NCBI RefSeq assembly: GCF_036365525.1
Contig: NW_027140159.1
Coordinates: 62,001 to 126,000 of the forward strand
Direction: 5' to 3'
DNA length: 64,000 nt
Source of the DNA: Heterodontus francisci
Taxonomy: Eukaryota
Below, piece by piece: positions 36,490 through 47,739 of the stretch. Every line of letters begins with the position of its first letter. Position 1 is the first letter of the stretch. A model generated the notes under the pieces. The model had not been told where the DNA came from. It did not search any database and worked only from the letters and a program-made list of their open reading frames with translations. Both the position numbers and the translations under genes were made by a program.

Positions 36490-38160
36490 ATTGAACAAAT
36501 TCTCGTTCAACTCCACTCACATCCTTCAAGCAAATGGTGTTGCTATCGGTACCCGCATGGGTCCTAGTTATGCCTGTCTTTAAGTGGGACATGTCGAACA
36601 TTCCTTTTTCTAGTCCGACTCTGGCCCCCACCCCCAACTCTTTTTCTGGTACATTGATGACTGTATGGGTGCCGTTTCCTACTCCCATCCCGAACTAGGA
36701 AACTTTATCAACTTTGCTTCTAATTTCCACCCTTCTCTCACCTTTACCTGGTCCATCTCTAACACTTAGCTTCCCTTCCTCGACTTCTCTATCTCCATCT
36801 CTGGGGATAGGTTGTCTCAAGTATCCGTTATAAGCCCACCTACTCTCACAGCTACCTCGACTTCAACTCTTCACACCCGGCCACCTGGAAGGACTCCATT
36901 CCATTCTCCCAGTTTCTCTGTCTCCGACGCATCTGCTCTGATGATGCTACCTTCCATGACAGCGCTTCTGATATGTCTTCCTTTTTCCTCAACCGAGGAT
37001 TCCCCCCACTGTGGTTGACAAGGCCATCAACTGTGTCCGGCCCATTTCCCGCACCTCTACCCTCACCCCTGCCCCTCCCTCCCAGAACCGTGACAGGGAC
37101 CCCCTTGTCTTCACTTTCCACCCCATCAGCTTCCATATCCAAAGGATCATCCTCCGCCATTTTCACCACCTCCAGCGTGATGCCACTACCTAGTGCATCT
37201 TCCCCTCCCTTCCCTTGTCAGCATTCCGACGGGATCATTTCCTCCGTGACACCCTGGTCCACTCCTCCATTACCCGCACCACCTCATCCCCTTCCCACGG
37301 CACTGTTCCCTGCAATCGCAGGAGGTGTAATACCGACTCAATTACCTCCTCTCGCCTCACTATTCAAGGTCCCAAACACTCCTTTCAGGTGATGTAGCGA
37401 TTTACGTGTACTTCTTTCAATTTAGTATACTGTATTCGCTGCACACAATGTGGTCTCCTCTACATTGGATCCCAAACCCAGACTGGATGACCGCTTTGCG
37501 GAAGACCTCTGCTCATTCCGCTAGTATGACACCGAGCTTCCGTTTGCTGGCCATTTGATCACCTCCCCGCTGCTCTCATGCTCATATCTGTGTCCTGGGA
37601 TTGCTGTAGTTTTCCAGCAAACATCAACACAAGCTCGAGGAACAGCGTCTCATTTGCCGGTTAGGCACACGACAGCCTGCCAGACTGAACACTGAGTTCA
37701 ATAATTTCACAGCATGCTGCCCCACCCCCATTTTTATGTTTAGTTGTATTTTCTGCCTTTTTCTTTTTGACTTGGTTATTTTATTTTAGATTTTTTAAAA
37801 TTTGTTTAGTGTGTTTCAGCTCTGCCTGCCCACTGTTTCTGTCTGTTTTATTTATGTTTGTGCTTTACGGTCTATTCACACCCTCTCTATACTAACGCGT
37901 TGTCTTTCAGCAGACCATTAACATACCGTTTGCCTTTGTTCCATGACATTCTGATCAGTTATTCTCTGTGACCCTCTGTCCTATCGCCTTCTCTTTTGTT
38001 ATTGCTTGCCCCACCCCCGCTTTACTTGCTTATAACCTTCTACATTTCTAATATCTGCCAGTTCTGATGAAGGGTCACTGACCTGAAACATGAACTCTGC
38101 TTCTCTCTCCACAGTTGCTGCTGGACCTGGTGGGTATTTCCAGAATTTCTTGTTTTTATA
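36490..38160 (+). mobile_element. Second Penelope-like element, 5'-truncated and decayed
   Basis: Aligns by eye with 5770-7480 (RT C-terminus, GIY-YIG, terminal repeat) and contains stops and indels. Confidence 0.9.
38060..38096 (+). ncRNA. Minimal hammerhead motif with canonical CUGAUGA core and mutated cleavage triplet
   Basis: AGTT-CTGATGA-A-GGGTC-ACT-GACCT-GAAA-CATG-AACT. Confidence 0.65.
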
Positions 38161-38169
38161 TTTAATGTT

Positions 38170-39200
38170 ATTGTTCAAATGGATTTGTGTGTCCTTGGTA
38201 CATAAATCACAGAAAGTTAACATGCAGGCACAGCCATCAATTAGGAAGGCAAATGGAGTGTTGGCCTTTATTTCAAGCGGGTTGGAGAACAAGAGAGATG
38301 AAGTCTTACTGCATGGTCTGGTGAGCCCACACCTGAAGTACTGCGTACAGTCCTGGTCTCTATACTGAAGGAAGGATATATTTGTCTTGGAGGTGATGCA
38401 ACAAAGGTTCATCAGATTTTAGCAGAACAGGTTGACGGGCCGAATGGCCTAGTCCTGTTCCCATTTCTTATTTTCTTATGACAGGAAGGGAGAAAAGTGC
38501 AAAGTGATGTTGAAAGAGTGAAACACATAGCGAATGATGGGGAGAGGCAGAGGACGAGGTGGACAGATAGTGAGAGAAAGGTGGGATGGATCACACAGAT
38601 GAATAATGCACTGGATGTCTACACAAAATTCAAAGTCAGTTCTTCAGTGTGCAGTCAGTCGGATGGTGTGGAGATGGATTTGTACCCTGTATCCACTAAT
38701 CAACAGCTGTAAATGTTACCACTATACAGAAGCCTCCTTCCAGGCCAATCTTGCCAATGAACTGATGGATTTCTGGAGTCCCCTTAACCCTCCCGCCAAC
38801 CTTGGAACGGCTCGTTGATTCATGTCTAAGGGAACTGGTTAATGGCTCAGGTAGAATGCCTCTCTTTGCTGACGTGTTAATAAAGCAGATAGGATGCTGA
38901 GCTTTATAAACAGGTATACAGTATAAAAGTCAGGAAATGATGCTAAACCTTTGTCAAATAATCAGTTTTCCCCAGCTTGTGTATTGTATCCTGCAACCAG
39001 TGTTTATGGTTTGTAATGCGCTGCCTGCTAGGGCACTGGATACAAATTCCCTAGTAGCTTTTCAAAGGGAATTGAATAAATAATTGAATGGTGACAAAAT
39101 TGCAGGGATGGGGAAAGGTGTGGGATGAACTGGATTGTTCTTCCAAAGAGCCAGTAGTGTCTCTATGGGATGAATATACTGCAATATTCTGTGATTCTAT
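38170..39200 (+). mobile_element. Mosaic of CR1 fragments
   Basis: IRKANGVLAFIS...VSPHLKYCVQ and 3' UTR remnants. Confidence 0.65.
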
Positions 39201-39939
39201 AGTACTCTTCTTATCACTATTATTTACATCTACACACATTGCTCCGGTACAGTTGGATATTTAAAAAAAAACATTCCCCGCAAATCCCTTCAGCCTTTTC
39301 ACTCTGCTCTCTCCAGATGGAATTGACTACAAGACAGCAAGAAACAAACAGGAAACACGGGTTTTAAGAGAGAAAGATTTCACCTGATTTTCTTGTCGAT
39401 GGATTCTCCGTTATTGGAGAGGTCATTGCAGATCCGACAGAAGGAAACAACTCATTAATTTGAGTAAAATATAGACCAGATAGACGAAAGCTTCCTGTAT
39501 GTAATAAGAAGTGAAATGGTTGATCAATGTCCTTATGGGAGAGGCCTGGCCCACATTTGACTCCATTTGCACAGATAGGTAGAGAGATATCAATATAAAT
39601 AATTATATATATTTGTCTGGGTTGGATAATGCAATCATCTTTGGTCATTAGAATACTTTCAGTCTTGTTACTAGCGATCAGCAGCTTGTAAATTTCTAAT
39701 TCCTCTGATTTGATGTGGGTAATATTTGTGTTTAACATAATGATGTGTAATCTTATAACAAATCGCAGAGATGAAGTGCGATTGAGGGACTGAAATAAAG
39801 GTCAGAAATGGTGCAATGCACTTTGCATGACTTAGTGACAAACTCTGTTCTGTTAAAGATTACTAATTCACACTTGTTTTGCACTGTGACAACTGCTGAC
39901 AGTTTTTTTTTGCAGGATTGTCAATTGAACTTTCTTTTA

Positions 39940-40420
39940 TTGGACGATGGGCAGGATTTCAGAACAGGGAGGTCATGCGAGAACTATATAAATTTCTAGT
40001 TAGACCACAGCATATAGTTCTGATCACTACATTACAGGAAGTAAATGATTGTACGAGAATAGGTATAGAGGAGATTTACAGAGGATGTTGTCAGGAAGGG
40101 AGAACTTTAGCTATGATGAATGATTGGACAGGCTGTAATTGTTTTCTTTGGAACACAGGGGGCTGAGGCGAGATTTAATTGAGGTGTATAAAATGATGAT
40201 GGGCCTAGATAGAGTGGTCAGGAAGGAGCCATATGCATTAACAAAGCGGTCAGTATGCAGAGAATAGATTTAAAATAATTAGTAGAGGATGAGAAGAGAG
40301 CTGAGGGTTTTTTTTCACACAGGTAGGTGACTGCAATTTACAGCCTGAACGGGTGGTAGAGACAGAAACCTCATCACATATAAAAACACTTGGATATGCA
40401 CTTGAAGGAATAACTTCTCC
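39940..40420 (+). mobile_element. Decayed CR1 3' fragment
   Basis: REVMRELYKFLVRP and TTTTTCACACAG remnants. Confidence 0.6.
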
Positions 40421-40429
40421 ACGATGACC

Positions 40430-40502
40430 CTGTCCCATCTAATGCATTCAGAGAAGGTACAGCACTGGTTAGATAGAGAGTAAAGCTCCGTTGAAACTGT
40501 CA
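40430..40502 (+). repeat. Solitary unit of the 69-bp repeat
   Basis: GGTACAGCACTGGTTAGATAGAGAGTAAAGCTCC matches the units at 53751-53950. Confidence 0.65.
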
Positions 40503-40829
40503 CTGGAGTGTCGGATTAACCCGGGTCACTCACTGTGCCAGGGTCAAGCTCAAGTCCCACCTACCTCAGTCACTGAGACGCTCCTGTATCACTTGTCTTA
40601 ATGTAAGCAGATGCTGTGTTTGGAAGCAGGACAGGCATACTGGCTTCGAAAGACTGCTCATGTGCAGGATAAACTTCACTAATCTCTCAGAGAATCAGAA
40701 CTGACCAGGGAATATCAAAAAGTGGAAACTTGTGTTGCATTTTTCAGCCTTACATTGTGGAATGCTTTAGTATTTGGTGAGAATGTTGAGCCAGTGAAAT
40801 TTTGCCCCAGTGAATAGAATCTATATGAT

Positions 40830-43800
40830 CTTCCTCTATCTTTGGCCTCCTTGTCTCTAGAGACAATGGGTAAGCGCATGGAGGTGGTCAGTGGTTAGTG
40901 AAGCAGCATATGAAGTGGCTGTAAAGGCCAATTCTAGAGTGACAGACTCTTCCACAGGTGCTGCAGATAAAATTGGTTCTCAGGGCTGTTACACAGTTGG
41001 CTCACCCCTTGAGCTCCTGTAATTTTTTCCTGCCAACTGCTAAGTCTCTTTGACTCGCCACGCTTTAGACCCGCCTTTATGGCTGCCCCCCAGTTCTGGC
41101 GATCGCTGGCAACTGCCTCCCACGATCAATGCCACAGGACTTCTTGTCACGTTTTCAGATGTCTTTAAAGCGGAGACATGGACCGCCGGTGGGTCTGATA
41201 CCAGTGACGATCTCGCTGGACAATGTGTCCTTGGGGTTCCTGCCATCTTCCATGCGGCTCACATGGCCAAGCCATCTCAACCGCCGCTGGCTCAGAAGGG
41301 TGTATATGCTGGGGATGTTGGCCGCCTCGAGGACTTCTGTGTTGGTAGTACGGTCCTGGCACCTGATGCCAAGGATTCTCAGGAGGCAGCGGAGATGGAA
41401 TGAATTGAGACGTCGCTCTTGGCTGACATACATTGTCCAGGCCTCGCTGCCGTTGAGCAAGGTACTGAGGACACAGGCCTGATACACTCGGACTTTTGTG
41501 TTCCGTGTCAGTGCAACATTTTTCCACACTCTCTTGGCCAGTCTGGACATAGCAGTGGAAGCCTTTCCTATGTGTTTGTTGATTTCTGCATCGAGGGACA
41601 GGTTAATGGTGATAGTTGAGCCTAGGTAGGTGAACTCTTGAACCACTTCCAGAGTGTGGGCGCCAGTATTGATGGATGTAGCATTTCTGACGTTCTGTCC
41701 CATGATGTTCATCTTCTTGAGGCTGACAGTCAGTCCAAATTCATTGCAGGCAGCGGCAATCCTGTCGATGAGTCTCTGCAGACACTCTTCAGTGTGAGAT
41801 GTTAATGCAGCATCGTCAGCAAAGAGGAGTTCCCTGATGAGGACATTCCGTACTTTGGGCTTCGCCCTTAGACGGGCAAGGTTGAACAAAATGCCACCCC
41901 ATCTTGTGTGGAGGAAAATCCCTTCTTCTGAAGACTTGAACGCATGTGAGAGCAGCAGGGAGAAGCAAATCCCATCAGTGTGGGTGCGAGAACACAGCCC
42001 TGTTTCACGCCACTGAGGATAGTAAAGGGGTCTGATGAGGCGCCGATATGCTGAATTGTGCCTTTCATATTGTCATGAAATGAGGTGATGATACTTAGTA
42101 ACTTTGGTGAACATCTGATCTTTTCTAGTCGTCTGAAGAGACCACGTCTGCTGACGAGGTCAAAGGCTTTGGTGAGATCAATGAAATCAACGTGGAGGGG
42201 CATCTGTTGTTCATGGCATTTCTCCTCTACCTGGCGAAAGGAGAATAGCATGTCAATGGTGGATCTCCCTGCTCGAAAGCCACATGGTGCCTCAGGGTAG
42301 ACGCGCTCAGCCAGCTTCTGGAGCCTGTTTAAAGCGACTCGAGCGAAAACTTTCCCCACTATGCTGAGCAGGGAGATTCCACGGTAGTTGTTGCAGTCTC
42401 CGCGGTCACCCTTGTTCTTACAGAGGGTGATGATATTGGCATCGCGCATGTCCTGTGGTACTGCTCCCTCGTGCCAGCACAGGCAAAGCAGTTCGTCCAA
42501 TGCTGAACGTATAGCAGGCTTGGCACTCTTGATGATTTCAGGGGGAATGCCGTGCTTCCCAGGGGCTTTTCCGCTGGCTAGAGAATCAATGGCATCACTG
42601 AGTTCCGATTTTGTTGGTTGTACGTGCAGCTCGTACATGACTGGCAGAGGCTGGGCTGCATCGAGGGCGGTCTCAGTGACAACATTTTCCCTGGAGTACA
42701 GTTCTAGGTAGTGCTCCACACAGCGGTCCATATGCTTGCATTGTTCGTGATTGTGTCCCCTGATTTAGATTTGTGGGGGGCGATCTTCTTGATAGTTGGT
42801 CTAAAAGCTCTGTTAATGCCATCATACATTCCTCTGATGTTGCCAGTGTCAGTGGCCAGCTGAATATGACTACATAGGTGTTGCCAGTAGTCATTTGCAC
42901 AGTGCCTGGCTGTTATTTCCGCAGCGCTTCTGGCTGCTTTAAATGTACGGATGTTAACTGACTGGGGGATTTCTTGTAGTTCAGCAATGCAATGCGGTTA
43001 GCGGCTATGACAAGTTCCAGCTCTTTAAAGTGAGATTTAAATCAATCTACATTCCGCTTCACACGTTTTCCATCGGTGGTCATTGCTGAGTCATAGATGG
43101 TTTTTCTGATGTGAGCCCACTTGTTCTCTACATCCGCTGTGGGAGTGTTTTGAAGGGCTTTTTCAAGTGAATTTAGAAACCTATGTAACTGCTGTGGATG
43201 AGAGATTTTGCTAATGTTGATGCGCGGACGGCCATTCTGCTTGGAGTGATGCAGCTTCTTAGGTTTGAGTCTAACCTTGCTGCACACCAGGGAGTGGTCG
43301 GTGTTGCAGTCCGCACTGTGGAAGCTGCGTGTGATTTGAACACTGTTTGAAGAGGCTCGCCTTGTGACGATGAGGTCCAGCTGGTTCAAACGACGTGATA
43401 TAGGGTGCCTCCAAGAAACCTGGGTTTAGTGTGAAAGAACGAATTGGTGATGCACAGGTTATGATCAGTACGCATCTCACGCAGTCTCTGTCCATTCTCA
43501 TTCATACATCCAATGCCATAGCGCCCAAGGCAGGAGGGCCATGAGTCATGGTGGGCCCCAACGCTGGAATTAAAGTCCCCCAGTAGGAACAGGTTTTCGG
43601 TATTGGGGATGCTACTCATGATATTATGGAGTTCCTCGTAGAATTGGTCTTGAGCTTCAGGTGCGGAGCACAGTGTTGGAGTATAGATGCTGAGTAGGTG
43701 TACTTGACCAGAGGTGGTGAACAGTCAATGGCCAGTATGCATTCCGTGCCATTTGAAGGTGGCTCTATCATGCTGAGCAAAGAGGTTCTGATGCCGAAGC

Positions 43801-44025
43801 CCACTCCATGCTGTCTTGGTTCTTTAGTATCCCTACCCTATCAGAAGAAGGTGTAGTGTTTGTCTCTTAGAGATCCACTCGCAGGGAGGCGTGTCTCCTG
43901 ATTTGCTGCAATGTCCACATTGAGTCTGCTGTGCTCGTTGTTGATAATGGTGGTCTTCCGAGATTCGTTGATTTGTGTAATGTCTTCCGACACCCTGGAC
44001 ACATAGTTCTGACGTTCCAGACCTT
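40830..44025 (-). mobile_element. Near-full-length decayed RTE LINE (endonuclease and RT)
   Basis: WNVRT, LLGDFN, LDLIV, TDHSLV, KAPG, NYRGISLL, FIDLTKAFD, GVKQG and LFADD motifs. It is the same family as 17845-20204, in opposite orientation. Confidence 0.92.
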
Positions 44026-44138
44026 TTTACAACAGTGAGTTACCGTCCGTACTGTAAATATGGCCCAAAATGCCTGTAATAACAATGTACCTATCAATTT
44101 TCAGCTGAATACTTTAACTACAGCTATGCCTGCTATCC

Positions 44139-45023
44139 TGTGAGAATGTACATAAGACAAGATGGGATGAAGTCAAAGTGGCCACAGTTGAACTTGCTAT
44201 CTTGATCTTTGTGGGAACACAAGGGTTAAGTAAGTTAAAAATATTAAATGGTCAATTTACTTGTACAAGTAAACGTTTAAGAGAAATGGCTATGGAATGT
44301 CCCAGGTGTTGCATTCCTAAGACAACATATGGACAGTAAATGATCAAAGCCGGGAATTAAAAGAAGACTGGATATGGATAAAAAAAGACTTTTTTCATTA
44401 CAAGAAATTATGTACGGGTGAGGTTTGGATTGTAGAAGCAAATGCAATGTCTGTGTGGCGTGGTCCAGGCAGTATAGAAAAATATATTGATCACATACAG
44501 TGATTTATCAAACAGGGAATGATCCTAACACTGAGCCCAGTGACAAGTTGCATGAGGGGAGAGTGAGGATCAGTCCTGGACATAAGGGGGTCCTTTTCCC
44601 TTATCTAGCTCTGCAGTGAAGATGACTGGGCCAGCTATTAGAAGAAGAATCCTCCTGAAAGACTGATTATCGGTCAGTGGGAACTTGGTGAGATTTAAAA
44701 TGCAGAGTAGGTAAGAGTTTGTGGGGATCATTTGCAGCATTGTTTTTTTCAATGATATTCTCTGGGATTTTAGTGCTATTTTACTGGAATTCTGTGTAAA
44801 TTAAAGTACGTGTATTCTTTAATCTTGTAGTGCATGTGTAATGTTTAATTTTTTAAAGCCGTACAGAGTAAAGCTTAAGGTATTCCAACAAAATCAAGAG
44901 TGTTGGCATCTATTTCCTTATCGGGTTGATTCTGCAGTTAATAGGACTAGACTCGTGAGTAATTGTTTGAAAATTGTTTTTCGTATAGTACTAGTATCAA
45001 TCGATTTGCAGCATCCCATCACA
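44139..45023. mobile_element. Possible old solo LTR
   Basis: TGTGA...TCACA termini and no ORF, but no TSD is visible. Confidence 0.3.
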
Positions 45024-45384
45024 TAATGTACTTTGTTGTCTATATTGTATAAATACAGACAAAAGGTAACCACAGATGTTGCTATTTATGCCGGGGAAGA
45101 CAGCTGAAGTATTTATTTTCTCTGCGATTTAACTCGATCCCTAATGATAACTAACATGTCGAGAGAGAGTGATAGGCAGAGAGAAAGGGACAGAGGTGCA
45201 GTAACAGAGATTTAGGGAGAGATAGAAATGAAGAGAAAACAGATAGATAGTGAGGGGTATAGACAGAAGCAGAGAGATAGAAAGGGCCTGGATGCACTGG
45301 AACACTTTAGAAGCAGGGGGCAATGGAGATAGGCTGTGAGGGATCCCTGGAATTACATTATGGGGCCAGTGACAGAGACATACG

Positions 45385-45560
45385 CTCTTTCTGTCTACAT
45401 ATAAAGTGCAGAGAGCTCCCTCTGAGTATCAAATAGAGGGAGCTCTCGCTCTGTCTGCAAAATGGAAGGAGCTTCCTCTATGAATACAATTCTGCGAGCT
45501 CTCCCTCTGTGTATAAAATGGTGGAAGCTCCCCCTCTACATATCAAATGCAGGAGGAGCC
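45385..45560. repeat. Minisatellite, unit about 29 bp
   Basis: GAGCT(C)(T)CCCTCT(G/A)..TA..AAAT repeated about 6 times. Confidence 0.65.
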
Positions 45561-45699
45561 TACAGACACCTCGCCCATTTTTAATCACGTTTTGACCATT
45601 TGTATACCAGAGACAGGGCGAGTAAAACATAACCAGAAGCATGGTAAAGTCCAATCTTAACTGTTGCATTGCTAACCGAGACTAATGTAAACGGTGCAG

Positions 45700-46285
45700 A
45701 GGATACAGAGGTATGGAGTACAGAAGTCTGGAAGTGATGCTAAACCTTTATAAAATAATAGTATGTCTCCGACTGGAATATTTTGTCCAATTCTGGAAAG
45801 TACAGAAGAAATTTGCTAGAATGGTTCCAGGGATGAGATTCTTTCAATTACGCTGATAGACAGGAAAAGCTGGGGTTGTTCTCCTTGATGCAGAGAAGCT
45901 TAAACAGTGATTTCATAAAGCCGTTTAAAATCATGAAAGAATTAGATAGCGTAAACAAAGAGAAATTGTTTACAATGGTGAAGGATCGATAACCAGAAAG
46001 CAGAGACTGAAGGCGATTTGCAAAACAAACCAGAGGCGTCATGAGGGACAAACTTTTCTTTCAACAATGCGTGCTTCGGATTTGAAATTCACATTCTGAA
46101 TGGGTACTGGATATTGATTCAGTGCTATATTTCAATAGGAGAATTGGATAAATAATTGCAACAGAAAGAAAATGAAGAGTTGTGGCAGGAGGAGGAGAGT
46201 GGGACTAACTGGACTAATCTTCAAAGGTGCCAGAACAGATTCAATGGGTCGAATCGCCTCCTACTCTGTTGTACTACTCTATATT
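45700..46285 (+). mobile_element. Decayed CR1 3' portion, paralogous to 48770-49260
   Basis: Shares GTGATGCTAAA.CTTTATAAAATAAT and GGAGAATTGGATAAATAATTG with the other copy. Confidence 0.7.
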
Positions 46286-47002
46286 CCCCTGGTCCTCTTC
46301 TGGAGAGGGAGGAAGGGAGAGATGAATTGAGAGAGAGAGAGAAAGGGGGTGAGGGAGAGAGAGACAGGAGGAGGAAAAAGAGAGAGATGGGCTGAGGGGG
46401 AAAGAGTGAGACAGGGTGAGGGAGAGGGTCAGGAATAAAATGTCCCATAGGGATAGAACGCGATAGAGGCGCATAAAGACCTCCTCCTGTATTCCTAAGG
46501 GCTTTATTAATATTACATCCTGAAATAAACAAGGTCGTGACGATCATTTTGAGCAAATGAAATGGCATTAATTAATAATAGGTTCTCCTTTAAAATTATT
46601 AACACGAATTTACAGTATTATTTTTGTGCATTTAGATTATTTGCTGTTTCGTATCATCACTGAATAAATGAATATTGGAAGATTCAATGTTACTTTGTTC
46701 CCATCCTTGTGCAAACTCCTAATGACTCACTCGAAGGTCTAAACAGAAGGAGCAGTTCTGGCGGTGCAGAGTCCCTTTAAGAGGTTGAGACTAATCCTCT
46801 CCCTGCTCCATGTCCCCCCCACACACACACCCCGCCTACCCCCCCCCCCCCCACCCACCCCCTGCTTGGGATAACAGCGCTGGGTCAGGGGTCACAGACT
46901 GCACGGACACTGGAAATGCCTTCTGACACACAGACTCCAAAGGCAAGAAAAGGAAAGCAAAAAATCGAGGTGAAATCAGGTTGACAATACATTCACATCC
47001 CT

Positions 47003-47308
47003 GCTCAGTGGCGCAGTAGTTAGCACCGCAACCTCACAACTCCAGCGACCCGGGTTCGATTCTGGGTACCGCCTGTGTTGAGTTTGCAAGTTCTTCCTGT
47101 GTCTGCGTGGGTTTCCGCCGGATGCTCCGGTTTTCTCCCACATCCAAAAGACTTGCAGGTGGTAGGTAAATTGGCCATTGTAAATTGCCCCTAGTGTAGG
47201 GAAGTGAAAGGGAATATGGGATTACTGTCGGGTTAGTATAAATGGGTGGTTGTTGGTCGGCACAGACTCGGTGGGCCGAAGGGCCTGTTTCAGTGCTGTA
47301 TCTCTAAA
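47003..47308 (+). mobile_element. HE1-like SINE
   Basis: Box A TGGCGCAGTAG, box B GGTTCGATTC and tail GGGCCGAAGGGCCTGTTTCAGTGCTGTATCTCTAAA. Highly similar to 13252-13604. Confidence 0.88.
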
Positions 47309-47739
47309 TGGAGAAAAGAGAGATGTTGATGTATGTAAAAATATTATATACACGGAGGAAGTGTTTGTGTTTATCTGCCTAATTTGATCCATGTGAATAT
47401 ATATATCTCTGGATGGGTTTCTCTTTCTTTCTGTCAGTCTGAATGGATGAGCCTGGGTGTGAGTGTTTATCTTGACATGTTTGTCTACCTGTGTTTATTT
47501 GGCTGTATTTGGGTCTGTGTGTGGGTTTGTGTCTCTCTGTGTTTGTGTTTCCATTGCTGGATGTGAGGATGGGACAGGACACAGAAGGATACTCTTTAAT
47601 CTCTTGTCAAATATCTTTCATCTTAAACAACACTGAGGAATATACAGAAATATCCTCCACACAATATCAACCAGTTGTATCTTCATATATGTCAGGACAA
47701 AAGTGTCTGTCTGAAGCACTGCCTCTGTTAGATTTATAT

